DNA from: Octopus sinensis
Lineage: Eukaryota
Length of the DNA: 64,000 nucleotides
Assembly (NCBI RefSeq): GCF_006345805.1
Contig: NC_043000.1
Coordinates: forward strand, 80,972,001 to 81,036,000
Direction of reading: 5' to 3'
Of this stretch, positions 1-13,150 are shown piece by piece (the first letter of the stretch is position 1; the number at the start of each line of letters is the position of its first letter). The position numbers were made by a program, and so were the translations under genes. The notes under the pieces were generated by a model. The model was not told the origin of the DNA, made no database searches, and saw nothing but the letters and a program-made list of their open reading frames with translations.

Positions 1-1020
1 TATATATATATATGGGACTGAACCCGGAACCATTTCGTTGGGAAGCAAACTTCTTACTACACAGCCACACCTGCATCAGCAGAGCTGCAGTCATATGACT
101 GAACCAAATAAAAGAATAAAAGAAATATATATATATATATAAGAAGAATTAGATGCAGTGTGCAAGAGAGAAGACTGCACTGTTTGGCCATGTGATGCGT
201 ATGGATGTAGACAGTTGCATTCTGAAGTGCCAATCACTGAATGTCAATGGAAGATGTGGGATGAAGTATTGAATGCTGATCTCTAGACACTGAACCTTAT
301 GAAGGAAATGACAAAGAACCGAGATATCTGGTGTCTTGTGGTACTCTAGAAGATCCATCCGTCATAGCAGAATTGATTCTGGTACTGGTGCCACTTAAAA
401 AGTACTTGTGCTAATACCATGTTAAAGGTACTGATGCTGGTGCCATATGAAATGCACCCAGTACACTCTGTGGAGTGGTTGGCATTAGGAAGGGCATCCA
501 GCTGTAGAAACTATGCCACAACAGACAATGGAGCCTGGTGCAAACCCTGGCTTCACTAGTTCCGGCTGAACCATCCAACCCATGCCAGAATGTCATTACC
601 ATTTAATGTCTGCCGTCCATGCAGGCATGGGTTGGATGGTCGACAGGAGCCGCCAGGTAGAAGACTATCCTATGTTACTGTGTCTGTTTTGGCAGGGATT
701 TTACAGCTAGATGCCCTTTCTAACACTAACCACTCCATAGAGTGGACTGAGTGCTTTTTATGTGGCACCAGCACAGGCGAGGTCAGTTTTGGCATGGCTT
801 TTACAGCTGGATGCCATTCCAGATGCCAACCACTTTACAATGTGGACTGGGTGCTTTTTATGTGGCACCAGCACCATCAGAGTCACCAAATAACTTGCAA
901 GACAAGGAATTTTGAGAGTTGTGTCAGATGAAGAAAGGTTAGAGTGTGACAGAGAGGCAGTAACAGGTGTCTTGCTATAGAGGAAGGAGAACTGGAAGAG
1001 GTGATCTTGAGTCAGGCAAA

Positions 1021-1282
<262 letters not shown>

Positions 1283-1759
1283 CAGTCACAGAGACAGACA
1301 GATGTGTGTGTACATATCTTGCAATTTTGTCTCTCTCACCATATAACAGTCAATGTTTATTCCTTTCCATCCCATAACTTAGCAATTTGGCAGGAAAATA
1401 ACTGATAGAACAAGTAGCAGACTGAAAATAAATATAAACCCATGCAGCTGCTCAGTTTGGGTGAAATCCAATGACTGAAACATGAAAAAAAATTGAAGAA
1501 CACGTGTGTGCACATGTCTTTCTGTCTATGCATGTTTCTCACCTCTTTCACAACCAGTATTGGTTTGTTTATATACTTGTAACTTAGCAGTTCAGCAAAA
1601 AGTAACCAGCAGAATAAGTAGCAGACTTAAAAATAAATACTCGGAACAATTTTATAGAACAGACTTTCCAAGATGGTTGTCCTAGTATTGCTGCTGTTTA
1701 ATGACAGAAAGCTGTAAAAGACTATTTCTAAAACACCAATTTTGGTCTACAATGTATTT

Positions 1760-2590
1760 TACTTCCACACTTCCTACATCAATTCTTCTAATACACACAC
1801 ATTAATATTATATTCTTTCTTTCTAAATTAATAACATCTTATAACCCAATAGTAATATAAAACCTTCTACTTTATCAATTACTACTTTGGTCAACTATTA
1901 TTAGCTTATTTTATATGATTCATCTTGTTTTATATGATTTTGTATGATTCTTCACACAAATTTTTATTATCTTTACAAGATATTTTTTTAGAATTAATTT
2001 CCTTTGTTATTTTATATTGTTTCTTTATCATAACTTAAAATTCATTATCGAACTTTTATTGGGTGTTCCTTGCACACTTAATATCCTCTATCTCAAATTA
2101 ATAACATCTTATAACCTTACAGTAACATAGAACCCTCTGCATCATCAATTACTACCTCAGTTAACTGTCTTTAACTTACACTATATGATTCAAACATACA
2201 TCCATGCTGATACCTGTATATATGTGTGTGAATTCTCTTCTGTTTTTAATTATTTAAATTCTTCCTCTGAGGAATAAACCAGGAATGTAGATAACAAAAA
2301 TAATGTCACATTTTCAGTTCGAGAAAAGACTTGCATATTTTTACTGTTCCACTTACAGGTTGTATTTGTAATGTGCATGTTTGCTGGTTAATTTCTTTTT
2401 CTAAAAACCCCAGCTTTTCCAGATTGTCACCTAGGCATTTACTCACAAACCCAAGTGTTTGGAAACCATATCCATGCATAGTTTTTATTTGGTATGCTGA
2501 GCATTTCATATCTAGGTCTTCTTTAAGGCATAATCAGGCAAACTACAAGGTATCTTGTGTTGCTCTGTGTCAGCAAGACTTGAAAAAATA
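1760..2590 (-). pseudogene. R4/Dong-type LINE 3' end and UTR
   Basis: LGFVSKCLGDNLEKLGF...LQIQPVSGTVKICKSF matches the C-terminus of the 37908-38414 ORF. The putative UTR carries a 98-bp degenerate direct repeat (1825-1922, 2095-2192). Confidence 0.65.
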
Positions 2591-2599
2591 TAGAAAAAA

Positions 2600-3545
2600 G
2601 TGAAAGGGGTGTAGTGAACTTGCTCTGAGGAGTGGAACATCCAACGTTTTGGATGCAATCCTTCATCAGGGGTAGAGAAAAAAAGTTGAAGAAGACTAAC
2701 AAAGTTTACATCTTTTCAGTTTAAAAAAGTGGCTGCAAATGATAATGGATGCAGAATAACATGGGCTACTAATGTGAAACATAAGTTATAGGAGAGGGTG
2801 CACAGCAAGGAGGAGGAAAAGGGTGATGAAGAGAGTAGAGGTAAGTAAATATGGGAATGTTGCAGAGAGAGGGTAGAAGGAGGATTAAAAAGGGTTAAAA
2901 AAATTAAGAGGAAGTGAAAGGATGAAAGGAAAAATGTACATTCATACCTGTTGAAGACATAGTGCCAAGATCAAATATGAGACGATGCTCCTTTCATTTC
3001 CTAGAGAAGCAGGGTCCAGAGTGCAAGGACATGCCACACACTGATAAATCTGCAATAGAACGATTTGCAGTGTTGAAGTGGGTGGCTACAGATTGGCCTG
3101 ACATACATAGCATTATGCTTCTGATGTGTTTGCAAAAGCAATTCCCAAGGCATTGTCCTGTTTCCCCAATGTAAAGAGCACTGCAGAGTTTGCATATGAT
3201 GCAATATATGAGATTCGCTGAAGTGCAACAGAAGTGATGTGTTATGTAATATTGCTTTTTGGGCCCCGTGATGGTGGTAATATTGTTGCTGTAGGGGCAT
3301 GTGTTACTTCATCTGCGAGAACATTTAAAGGTTCCTGGTTGTGCACAGCTAGGAGATGTGAAGCTTCTAAGGATATTTCTAAGCCTCCTATCTTTGATAA
3401 AAGAGAGGAGAGATAGTGTGGAAAAGATAGAGGTGGTTGTTGTGTCAGAAAGAAGAATGTAAAAGTTGTGGGTGAGTTTGTATTTTAGAGGGAGGATGGA
3501 TGGGTGGTAGGTGAGAGAGAGTGGAATACAGTTGGTGGAAGTGCA
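2600..3545 (-). mobile_element. Penelope-like element 3' part: GIY-YIG endonuclease pseudogene and 3' repeat with hammerhead core
   Basis: Manual translation gives IPLSLTYHPSILP...DRRLRNIL...PGTFKCSRR*SNTCP...TSANLIYCIICKLCSALYIGETGQCL...THFN...KEHRLIFDLGT...GMN. These are Zn-finger linker and GIY-YIG motifs typical of Neptune-like PLEs. Confidence 0.88.
2638..2674 (-). ncRNA. Degenerate minimal hammerhead ribozyme
   Basis: CTGATGA-A-GGAT-TGC-ATCC-AAAAC-GTT-GG. Stem II is intact, G12 is mutated to A. Confidence 0.7.
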
Positions 3546-3569
3546 TGAAAATGGTAGGAGAGCTGTGGT

Positions 3570-4110
3570 GCAGTTAGTCTAGTTGTTTTGTAGTTGTATG
3601 GAAGGTTGTTAGGAAGAGAGTGCTTCTTGAGGTGCTCACTGTTGACATGTAAGACATTGTTCTCTTCGCTTTTCAGTAATAGGTCTATGTATATGTTCTG
3701 CTGCTGTTGTTTAGCAGATGCTATCTTAGCAATACCATGCAACATTTGTAGGATGTTTACTCTGATCTCAAGCTTCTACCTTGATTATCTCTTCTTAGGT
3801 AGAGCCTATCAATACCATTGTTTCTGTAAAAGTTTCTAGTTGATGTCATGATCTTGCAGGTTTTAATGTCTAAGGAGAGTATTTCCTCTGCAGACCCATC
3901 ATGTATCTCAAATGTTGGAATCAGCACTGGTACAGTAATTACATTGTAGGATCTTGACTTGTTGTGAGAGGAGAGTTCTGACTGCCATATTTTTTAAAGT
4001 CTGGTGTAATATTCTTAGGTCACTCTATCTTTACCATTGTATATGCTACCACCATTTCCTAGGTTTTTGTAGCATTCTTTGTGTACAGCAAGAGAGATAG
4101 AGTGACCATT
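3570..4110 (-). pseudogene. R4/Dong-type LINE fragment (post-RT region)
   Basis: EYYTRL*KIWQSELSSHNK...VPVLIPTF...LDIKTCKIM...NGIDRLYLRRDNQGRSL...KSEENN. Confidence 0.75.
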
Positions 4111-4472
4111 GATGCAAAGAGTTTTGGGGCTAATTTTCCATATTCAACAATCAAATACAAACACTTCTTTTGACTTTATCTCATTTATATGTTAGCTGAA
4201 AATGTTACTAAATCCAACTGTTTTTTTCTTTTTTTCTTGCATTCTTTCATTTTAAGCATAGATCTTCTGGTCGTCCACAAAGAAATTGTGGGTTTCATTC
4301 TTATCTCAAGCAGTTGCAGACCCTAGCACATTGAATTTTATAGTAGAAATGATAATGGATTTAATGCCAAACAGAATTACAGAAAGACTATCTCCTTGGA
4401 ATAATCCTTTGAAATATTTATAACACCAGAAGCAATTATTCTGCTTTCATATGTATGCATTGCATGCATGCA

Positions 4473-4504
<32 letters not shown>

Positions 4505-4514
4505 TCTCTCTCTT

Positions 4515-4885
4515 TCAGTTAGCAAAAACCAGTGTTGTAGTAAGCAAGTAAACAGTCAGAACCCTATCCACTGCAGGTAAATGGCCCTGCTTGACATGTA
4601 GGAAGGGTGTAGGTAGGAATTCCATAGGGTGTACCCAATGCAAGCTATGAACAGATAAGAGGTACAGTGAAATCACAGAAAGCTTAACAGAGAAAGTAGT
4701 GTTTGTATGTGGAAGATGCACAGGAACCATAAAGACTAATGATACAAGGAAAATTAATTTTCTCAAATACTCTGGAGGTTCTCTGGAGGGAGTGGATAAT
4801 TTCTGCGACTAAGGTGACTTAATTAGCAGTGTAGGGGAAAATCAAAGAACTATTAACTATGTTGGCAACTTAATGTCTCTCTCTG

Positions 4886-4923
<38 letters not shown>

Positions 4924-5340
4924 AAAGGCAGATTCTTTAATGCTTGTGTACACATAGTGATGCTACATGGTAGTAAGATGTAGGTCCTGAATGCAGAAGA
5001 CATGTGAAGACTAGAGAGGAATGAATCTTGTATGCTTCATTAAATGTGCAATGTCAGAATGCTCATTCAACAAAGTGCTGATGAATATATAGAGGGAAAA
5101 ATTAGGCATAAGAGGAATCAGATGTAATGTGCAAGAAAGGAGACTGTGCTGTTTTGGTCTGATGATGCATATGGATGAGAAGGACAGCTGCATAGAGAAG
5201 TGCTGATCACTTTGAGTGGATGGAACTTGCAGAAGGGGGAGACCCAGGAAAACACGATGAATTTGTGAAGGCTGACTTGAAGATGCTGAACCATGGAGGA
5301 GATGAGAAAGGATTGTGACTTCTGGTAATTTGCTATGCTC
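4515..5340 (+). pseudogene. Old RTE fragment; others at 150-600 (+), 36900-37575 (-), 39690-39960 (-), 42040-42500 (-), 50380-50975 (+)
   Basis: Decayed LAKT..., CRKGVGRNSI.CTQCKL, RVKGR, MLHGS, QERRL and GRPRKT motifs shared with the 18001 ORF. Confidence 0.75.
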
Positions 5341-6056
5341 AAGAAAAACTATCCATCATGGCAGAAATTCTCTCTCTCACTCTCTCTCGCTCATTTCCTC
5401 CATATCTCATTCCTAACACCCTTCACTTCTCTGTCTATGATATATTCAACCATTGTATTCACACATGAGAGCAGAATAGGCACATATTACATCCCTCCTT
5501 CCTTAGAACCACTTCCATTTCTCATTATCATCTCTGCTGGCACTACTTCTGCCAATCACCATCTTTTCTATCTTCAGCCATTGCCTTTCCCTACCTTACT
5601 CCATTCTGACCTCAATGCTCTCTCACATTTATCACCACACCCCACTTGCCATTGCCCCAACCCCCTATGAGCCACTCCTATATCTCTCATGCACACTCAC
5701 TCTATATATCTCTACCCCAATCTTTCCTCCTTTATCCTTTCACCAAAATCCACTCTATTTTGAGATGCGTCAGCATCCCACCACCAGTTCTGTCTTCTTC
5801 CCAGTTTCCCAACTACCAGCCCTTTACTTTCAATTCTTTTATTCTTTTCTTTGACATGTTTCAGTCATTTGACTGCAGCCATGCTGGAGCACCACCTTTA
5901 CTCGAACAAATCAACCCCAGGACTTATTCTTTGTAAGCCTAGTACTTATTTTATTGGTATCATTTGCCGAACCGCTAAGCTACAGGGATGTAAACACACC
6001 AACATTGATTGTCTCAAGTGATGTTGGTGGGGGGACAAACACAGACACACAAACAT

Positions 6057-6092
<36 letters not shown>

Positions 6093-6906
6093 TTAGATAT
6101 ATATACGACAGGCTTCTTTCAGTTTCTGTCTACCAAATCCACTCACAAGGCTTTGGTCAGCCCAAGGCTATAGCAAAAGGCACTTACCCAAAGTGCCAAG
6201 CAGTGAAACTGAACCTGGAACCATGTGGTTAGGAAGCAATCTACTTACCATACATCCACTCCTGGCATGTTCTTCCATCATACTCTCGCCTCTCAAAACT
6301 TGACATAGAGCCATTGCCCCCTCCACGTCTCAAATACTTACCACCTCCCCATATAGTTAAGGAGGATTTTTCTGTCATTTCTTTTTCCTCCATTTTTTTT
6401 CTCCTTCTTATTCCTTTCTTCTCTTGCCTTGCAAGTCACTCAGCATTCTCACTAGGGCCAGTGGCACAAGAAAGCACCATATAAGGAAGGGCACCCACCC
6501 ATAGAAACCATGTCAAATCTGATAGTGGAACTCTGTACTGCTTTATAGCTCACTGGATCCTGTCAAATCATCCAACCCATGCCAGAATTGAAAATAGATG
6601 TTAATTGGTGAAGATGATGATGATGATGATATGTGCACACACACTTATACTCACTCATGATGGTTGTGTGTTTATACATGTGTACATATAACATATTTAT
6701 TCATTTGCTCATTTGCTTTTCCACTCTAGTATGTTGTAGACAAATACATATCATTGAAGAATATACCCTTCCTGTCATTTACACTTTCCTGGTCTTCAAA
6801 TCTTTGAAAGTGTGGAACTACTGAATGATTTATTGACAGAGAAATATCAGCAATGTCAGTGCCTGCAGTTCAGTGATTTTCCACAATATTGCTGAATATA
6901 AACTTT

Positions 6907-7003
<97 letters not shown>

Positions 7004-7200
7004 TTCACTTTATAGAGGTTTTTGCTTTTCCAAATTTATTTGGTTGATCCTGATTCACACTGGAATGTTCTGGCCCATGGTGCCACACAATAAGACTGGC
7101 CCACCAAGCCATATTGTTCTGAAGTAAAATCATTAACCAAACAGCCATACCTTCACCTATAGCACATATAAATATATATACAATATATATATATATATCA

Positions 7201-7580
7201 TGATCATCATTGTCGTTTAACGTCTGATTTCCATCCTGGCATGGGTTGGACGGTTTGACTGAGGGTTGGCAAGCCAGAAGGCTTTTCTACACACAAAAAC
7301 TATCTTCTCAGTTAGCCTTCTTTTAATATTGCTGCACCTCTTATGTGTCCATAGCTTACACTGGGTACATCTTATGGAGTTTCTACCTGCGCCTTTTCTA
7401 CAGATCAGCCAGGGCCATCTACCTGAAGGGATTTGTGATTTGTCTGCCTTCCTACTTATTAAGACTTTGGTTTTTGCCAGATTGACTCTAAGGCCCTTTG
7501 ATTCTAGACCTTGCTTCCATGCCTGAAACTTCTCCTCTAGTTCTGATAGTGTCTCAGCTATTATTACAGCCTTTACAGTG
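7201..7580 (-). pseudogene. RTE fragment with RT C-terminal region fused directly to the terminal tail
   Basis: ELEEKFQAWKQGLESKGLRVNLAKTKV...VFVCRK joined at about 7280 to ...GGCTTGCCAACCCTCAGTCAAACCGTCCAACCCATGCCAGGATGG...TTAAACGAC. Confidence 0.85.
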
Positions 7581-8109
7581 CTCATAGAGCATTGGACAGC
7601 AGTCATGATGTCAGCATTTTAACACCTGATATGAATCATCATGATACAAGCAACTTTTTTTTTTTAATATTCAGATGGCTTCCAGTTCTCTATGTCAGCT
7701 AACTTATTTGCGACTACCATTTTAATTGTTATGCTCTCTCAGCTCATTGACTTGTTCACCAATACATCATGCTGTTCCTCAAAAAAGGTGATATAAGATA
7801 TCGTCAGATTTAGCCCAAACATCTTGTATAACATAACACACACACACACACACACAAATGTATATACTCGCACAAAAATAGTTTACCAATACATACATAC
7901 CTATGCATTTATGTATGTACATATGTATGTAATGGCTGTCTCATATATTTTTATTTTTCCTAGTATTTAGCAATATTATTTATTTATGTTCTCCAATGAG
8001 CATAAATATACTTGATTTTGTTTCTTTTTGAGGGTTTACAATAATTTTCAATCAATAAGAATTATTTGACTACATGTCACAAAATCTTCGAAAACACTGT
8101 GTAGGATAC

Positions 8110-8205
<96 letters not shown>

Positions 8206-8381
8206 TGTGTGTGTGTGAAGGTAGTGATGAGAATGTAAAGTTAGTGAATATGTGATTATGTATGTCGATTTTAGTATGAGTGTTGGCAAGGTTAAATAAG
8301 AAAGGAGTTTGCTTCTGTCAAAAGGTTCTATATTTTATGTAAAATCTTGGGCAAATTTTTCTTCTATTACTGTCTGTGTAA

Positions 8382-8593
8382 TCCTTTAGCATTCACATTA
8401 TTCTGTCAAATGTAGGGCTTATTTGTTCTCATTGTTTTTATTTAATCAGCTCTATCTTGTAGCTTTGAGATTTTGATGAGGTAAATTTTAGAATGGTATT
8501 GTAGGATTGGTGATAGAGTTCACATCTGGCCAGTCTGAACATAAAGCATGTAGAATATGTGGGCCAGATATGGCCAGTTTAAATACTAAAGGG
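8382..8593. mobile_element. piggyBac-type MITE
   Basis: Ends GTAA|TCCTTTAGCATT ... AATACTAAAGGG|TTAA, i.e. decayed TTAA TSD with CCCTTTAG TIRs. Confidence 0.75.
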
Positions 8594-9834
8594 TTAAGTT
8601 AATATTCTGAGTGAAATTGTGTTGATGGAAACGATGTTCCCTCTGATGTGTTGCTGTGGGTGTATACAGAAATTTGTGTTTAAATTTTATAATATGTGAG
8701 CATCAATATGAGTACTTATTACTCAAATTTCCTCAAATAAGACAAAGTTAATTTTATCTCAGAAACCTTGTAGGTGTGCACACATTTTTTTTTCTTCCTT
8801 TCTGAGCTGTAAAATGTGTGTTCCCACTCAAGTGCACAGTATAGATGGAACACTCGACTATGTGAAGTCCCCTGAACACACTTTTCCTGAAATTGCAAGT
8901 GGCAATTTCATCAGATACATGATGTCATGTTGAGTATGCCTGAGATTTATATTTATGACACAGTGGAGTACTCATCTCTGCTGTAATGCAATAAGCAGCT
9001 ACAATACACAAGTTGATTGAATGTCTGAGTGAACACACATTGTCAGATAGTCTACAACATTAGCCTCGGGCTGATCAAAACCTTGTGAGTGGGTTTGGTA
9101 GACAGAAACTGAAAGAAACCTGCCATGTGTGTGTGTGTGTGTGTTTGTATGCATTTGTCTCCAACCACCAATTGACAATCAGTGTTGGTGTGTTTATATC
9201 CCTGTAACTTAGCAGTTCAGCAAAAGATAGATTAAGTACCAAGCTTAAAAATACTTAAGTACTGAGGTTGATTCATTTGAGAAAAAGTTTTCAAGGCGTT
9301 GCCCCAAGATGGCTGAAGTCTAATGACTGAAACAAGTAAAAGATAAAAGATGCGCTATGTACAATATTTGGGGACATACACTATACTTTCTATGTGTTCT
9401 ATAGAAAATACACATTACTTATTTATTTTCTGCTGGTCACATAATGCTTCAGAATTTGCCCCATGCCAACATGAAAAAATGTAAGTAAAAATGATGATGC
9501 TGTTCATGAACGTGTATATCACTTGCTGTTTTTTTTATTAGACACTAACATTGGTTGACACCAGTGCCTAAATGGTCACTGTGATTCTATGTATTGTTGA
9601 CAGGAGATTCAGTTGTCATGCTGCTGCTGGACATCTGTCACTGAGGAACCCATAGTAAGGTAAAAGTGCATGCTCTAGCAGTTCTAGCATCCATAGCAGA
9701 TGGCTCTTGTCTGTTGACAATATAATTATGACTGCTTTTATGCACCTTGAATCCTTATGGGAGGTCCTCTCAAAATAAATAGTGCAGTATTTTGTGTTCT
9801 AACACAACCTCCACATGAAGTTGGAGATCAAGAT

Positions 9835-10072
9835 TGTCGTTGTTATATATATATAATGTATTGAGTATTAAAGGAAGTAGTGAGTACTTAGTATGAAAGA
9901 TTAAGAAAATGAGAGAGACTGAAACAACGTGTTAACGATACAAGATACTTTATTCGACTGCCGTTGTTGTACAAGTTAATTGTTTTGGCGGGAAACAAAG
10001 TGAAAGTCCTTTTATCAAGGGAGACAATGGGCGACGTTGATTGTTCATGTTTGTTGTGATGATTATATAACA
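9835..10072 (-). repeat. 3' LTR (238 bp)
   Basis: Direct repeat of 14133-14370, preceded on the minus strand by a polypurine tract. Confidence 0.97.
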
Positions 10073-10100
10073 TCTTCCTTTTTTTATTTTTTTTTTTTTT
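10073..10100 (-). promoter_or_regulatory. Polypurine tract
   Basis: Minus strand reads A-rich ...AAAAAAAAAGGAAGA immediately before the 3' LTR start TGTTATATAATC. Confidence 0.85.
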
Positions 10101-10107
10101 ATTTATA

Positions 10108-13100
10108 TCATCTGTATCTACAGGGAATAATTATTCGTCGTCCACTTTTTGTGGTTTTATTATTTTGTAGTGTTGAATTCTGTAGTTGTGCTGTTTTTGT
10201 TTTTTCATGCGTGTTTGTTGACTTTGGAAATATATTTTCATAATCTAATTCTTCTGTTATGCGAACGTGTTCGTTTGTTTTAAGAATATGTTGTCTATTT
10301 CGTTTGACTGTATTACCTTCCTCTGTTATTACTAAGTATGAACGAGGTTGCTCTAGTTTTTTAATTATTTTGCCCCTTCTAAACCAATTGTTGTTAAACT
10401 TAATTCTAACCGTGTCGTGTGGTTTTAACTCTGGGAGTTCTGTTGTAATGTTTGATTTCTTCTTTTCGTGAGGCCTGATACCAATTTTGTCGTGTAGTAT
10501 GTTTGGGAGATTTGTTCGCAATGTTCTATTCATTATTTGATTTGCAGGGGATGGTGCACCATTTTGTAATTTCGTCGTGCGTAATGCTAAGAGTGCTAAC
10601 TGAGGTTCTTCGTCACTTTTGAATGCCTTTTTTAGCGTCTTTTTTTTATTGTCTGTATATTTCTCTCAACCATGCCATTCGCTTGATGATAATGCGGGCT
10701 TGTCTTCGTGTGATGAAAATGCCAATTTTTTGCCAATTTTTTGAATTCAGCCGAATTGAATTCTGGACCGTTGTCACTTACAACTGTTTGCGGAATTCCG
10801 AATTTAGCAAAAGTTTCTTTAAATTTTTTGATTACGGTTTTTGACTGGCAATCTTTTATTTCGTGTAGATCAAAAAATCTTGTTGTATAGTCAATAATTG
10901 TGACATACGAATTTCCAGACAGGTGAAATACGTCTGTACCCACTTTGGTCCATGGTGTAGTAGGTATTTCATGATTTATTAGTGGTTCGGTTGCTTGTTG
11001 ATTTTTGTAGTCAATGCAGTATGAGCATGTGTTAATCATGTCTTTGATTTGAGCGTTAATGCCGGGCCAGTATATACATTCCTTCGCTCTCTCTATGCAT
11101 TTTTCGATACCCATGTGTCCGGTATGTATTTCCTGTAGAGCTTCTCTACGTAATGACTTAGGTACAATTATTCTTGAACCTTTTAGAACAAGACCATTGA
11201 CGATTGATATTTCATCACGAACGGATACGAATGGTTTGATGTTTATTGGTATTTTGTCTTTTGGGGGCCATTCTGTTCTTGTATATGTGACGAGTGTCTG
11301 TAGAGACGGGTCGTCTGCAGTGGCTTCTTTATACTCTTTTAATTTAGTGTCGGTTATGGGGTAATTTTTTATTACTGCATGAATGTGCGATTTCATATCT
11401 TCGTCTGATACTTCTGGAGTATTTTGCTCAAGGTATGCACGTGATAGGGTATCTGCAACAATTGATTCTTTACCAGGTATGTGGTTTAGGTCAAAATCAT
11501 ATCTTTGTAATGTTAGTAGAAATCTTTGGATTCTGGGGGGGCATTTAGTGATCGATTTTTTGAATATTTGCTTCAACGGTTTATGGTCATTTTCGATTCT
11601 GAAATGAGTTCCGTATATAAACTGATGAAATTTCTTGCATGCGAAAACTATACTGAGAGCTTCGCTCTCTATCGGACAGTAGTTTTGTTCCGCTTGAGTT
11701 GTTGCACGAGATGCAAACGAAACAGGTAGCCATCTTTCGTTGTTGTTTCTGCTCAAGTATCGCTCCGAGCCCATGCTTACTAGCATCTGTAGTTATTTTT
11801 ATTGGTAGATCTGGATCATAAAATTGTAGCACTGGTTTTCTGGTAATCATTTCTTTTAGCTTTTTTACTGCTTCGATTTGTGGTTTGTCGAATGACCATA
11901 ACGTGTCACTCTGTAGAAGCTGGCGCAATGGTGCTGTGACTTCGGAGTAATTAGATAAAAATTTACATAGGTAATTTGTCATACCTAGGAATCTTTGTAA
12001 TTCTTTTTTACTTGTTGGCAGTGGCATGTGAATGATTGCTTGTACCTTGGTTGGATCTTGTTTTATCCCTTCGCTGGTTAATATATGCCAAGGTACTTGA
12101 TTTGTGATTCATAGAAGATACACTTTGATTTATTTAACTTTAATCCGTGCTTTCGGATTCGATCGAAAACTTGTTGTAGTCTATTTGTGTGTTCTTCTAA
12201 AGTGTTGGACCAGATTATGATGTCATCCTGTGAATTTCTTGCTCCTTCTATGCCCTCTATTATTTTTGAAATTTCTTTTGGAAAACTTCACTGGCGCTGT
12301 GAATTCCAAAGGGTAGTCGTGTGAAGCGATACCTTCCAAAAGGTGTGTTGAACGTTAAAAGATGGGAGCTTTCTTCGTCAACTGGAATTTGCCAGTATCC
12401 ATTAGATGCATCGAGTTTTGAAAAATATTTAGGGTTATGCATTTGTGCAAAAATGTCCTCCGCTGTAGGGAGTTTGAAATGTTGCCTTTTTATGGCTTTG
12501 TTTAGATTCTTGGGGTCTAAACAGAGTCGGAGTTTTCCGTTGGCTTTTTCAACGATGACTAGGGAATTTACCCAGTCTGTAGGTTCACTAACAGGTTTTA
12601 TGATATCTAATTCTGTCATTCTTTTTAATTCTTTGTTGAGTTTTTCTTTTATAGAAAAAGGAACCGATCTTGGTGGATGAATTACAGGAGTTATTTGTGG
12701 ATCCACTGTGATATGATGTGTTATTGACAAAGTGCCGATTTCTCCAAAACAGTCTTCATATTTTTCTAATATGTCGTTTGTGTTCGACGAATTTATTTTT
12801 GAAATTCTCTGAATCAGGTTCAGATCTTTAGCTGTCTTTGCATCTATAACTGCGTGCGAGTTTGTTTTTGCAACAATGAATTTTATTTGCTTTGATAATT
12901 CTTTGTATTTAATGACTGCTGTGCATTTTCCTAGCACTTTTATAGCTGTGTTATTATAAGCTGATAATCGAGTTGAGGTTTTTTGCAGTTGTGGTTTTGG
13001 AATTATATTTCTATATTCTCTGAATGGCAGTACGGTTACGTCTGCTCCTGTATCTATTTTGAATGTTACATTCGAGTTGTTCACTTTTAGTTCGACCGTC

Positions 13101-13150
13101 CAAATGTCTTTTGGAGTCTTGAACTTTTCGATTTTGTGCACGCAGGGAAT
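10108..13150 (-). CDS. pol: Pol (protease, RT, RNase H, integrase), frameshifted as assembled
   Basis: PR: FKIDTGADV. RT: LDASNGYWQ, RLPFG, and NSQDDIII (read at about 12220-12240). RH: TTDASKHGLGA, ENDHKPL. IN: HTGHMG...C..C, GTD, SDNGPEF, GMVER. C-terminal PRSYLV tail in ORF 10108-10533. Confidence 0.95.

Noticed and set aside
9604-9665. Possible 56-nt plus-strand exon (TTGACAG|...AAG|GTAAAA)
   Set aside because: Splice-like motifs only, which are expected by chance in 64 kb.
12215-12245. RT active site SQDD instead of YxDD
   Set aside because: From my knowledge, this variant occurs in this group of invertebrate Gypsy elements, so I did not treat it as novel.
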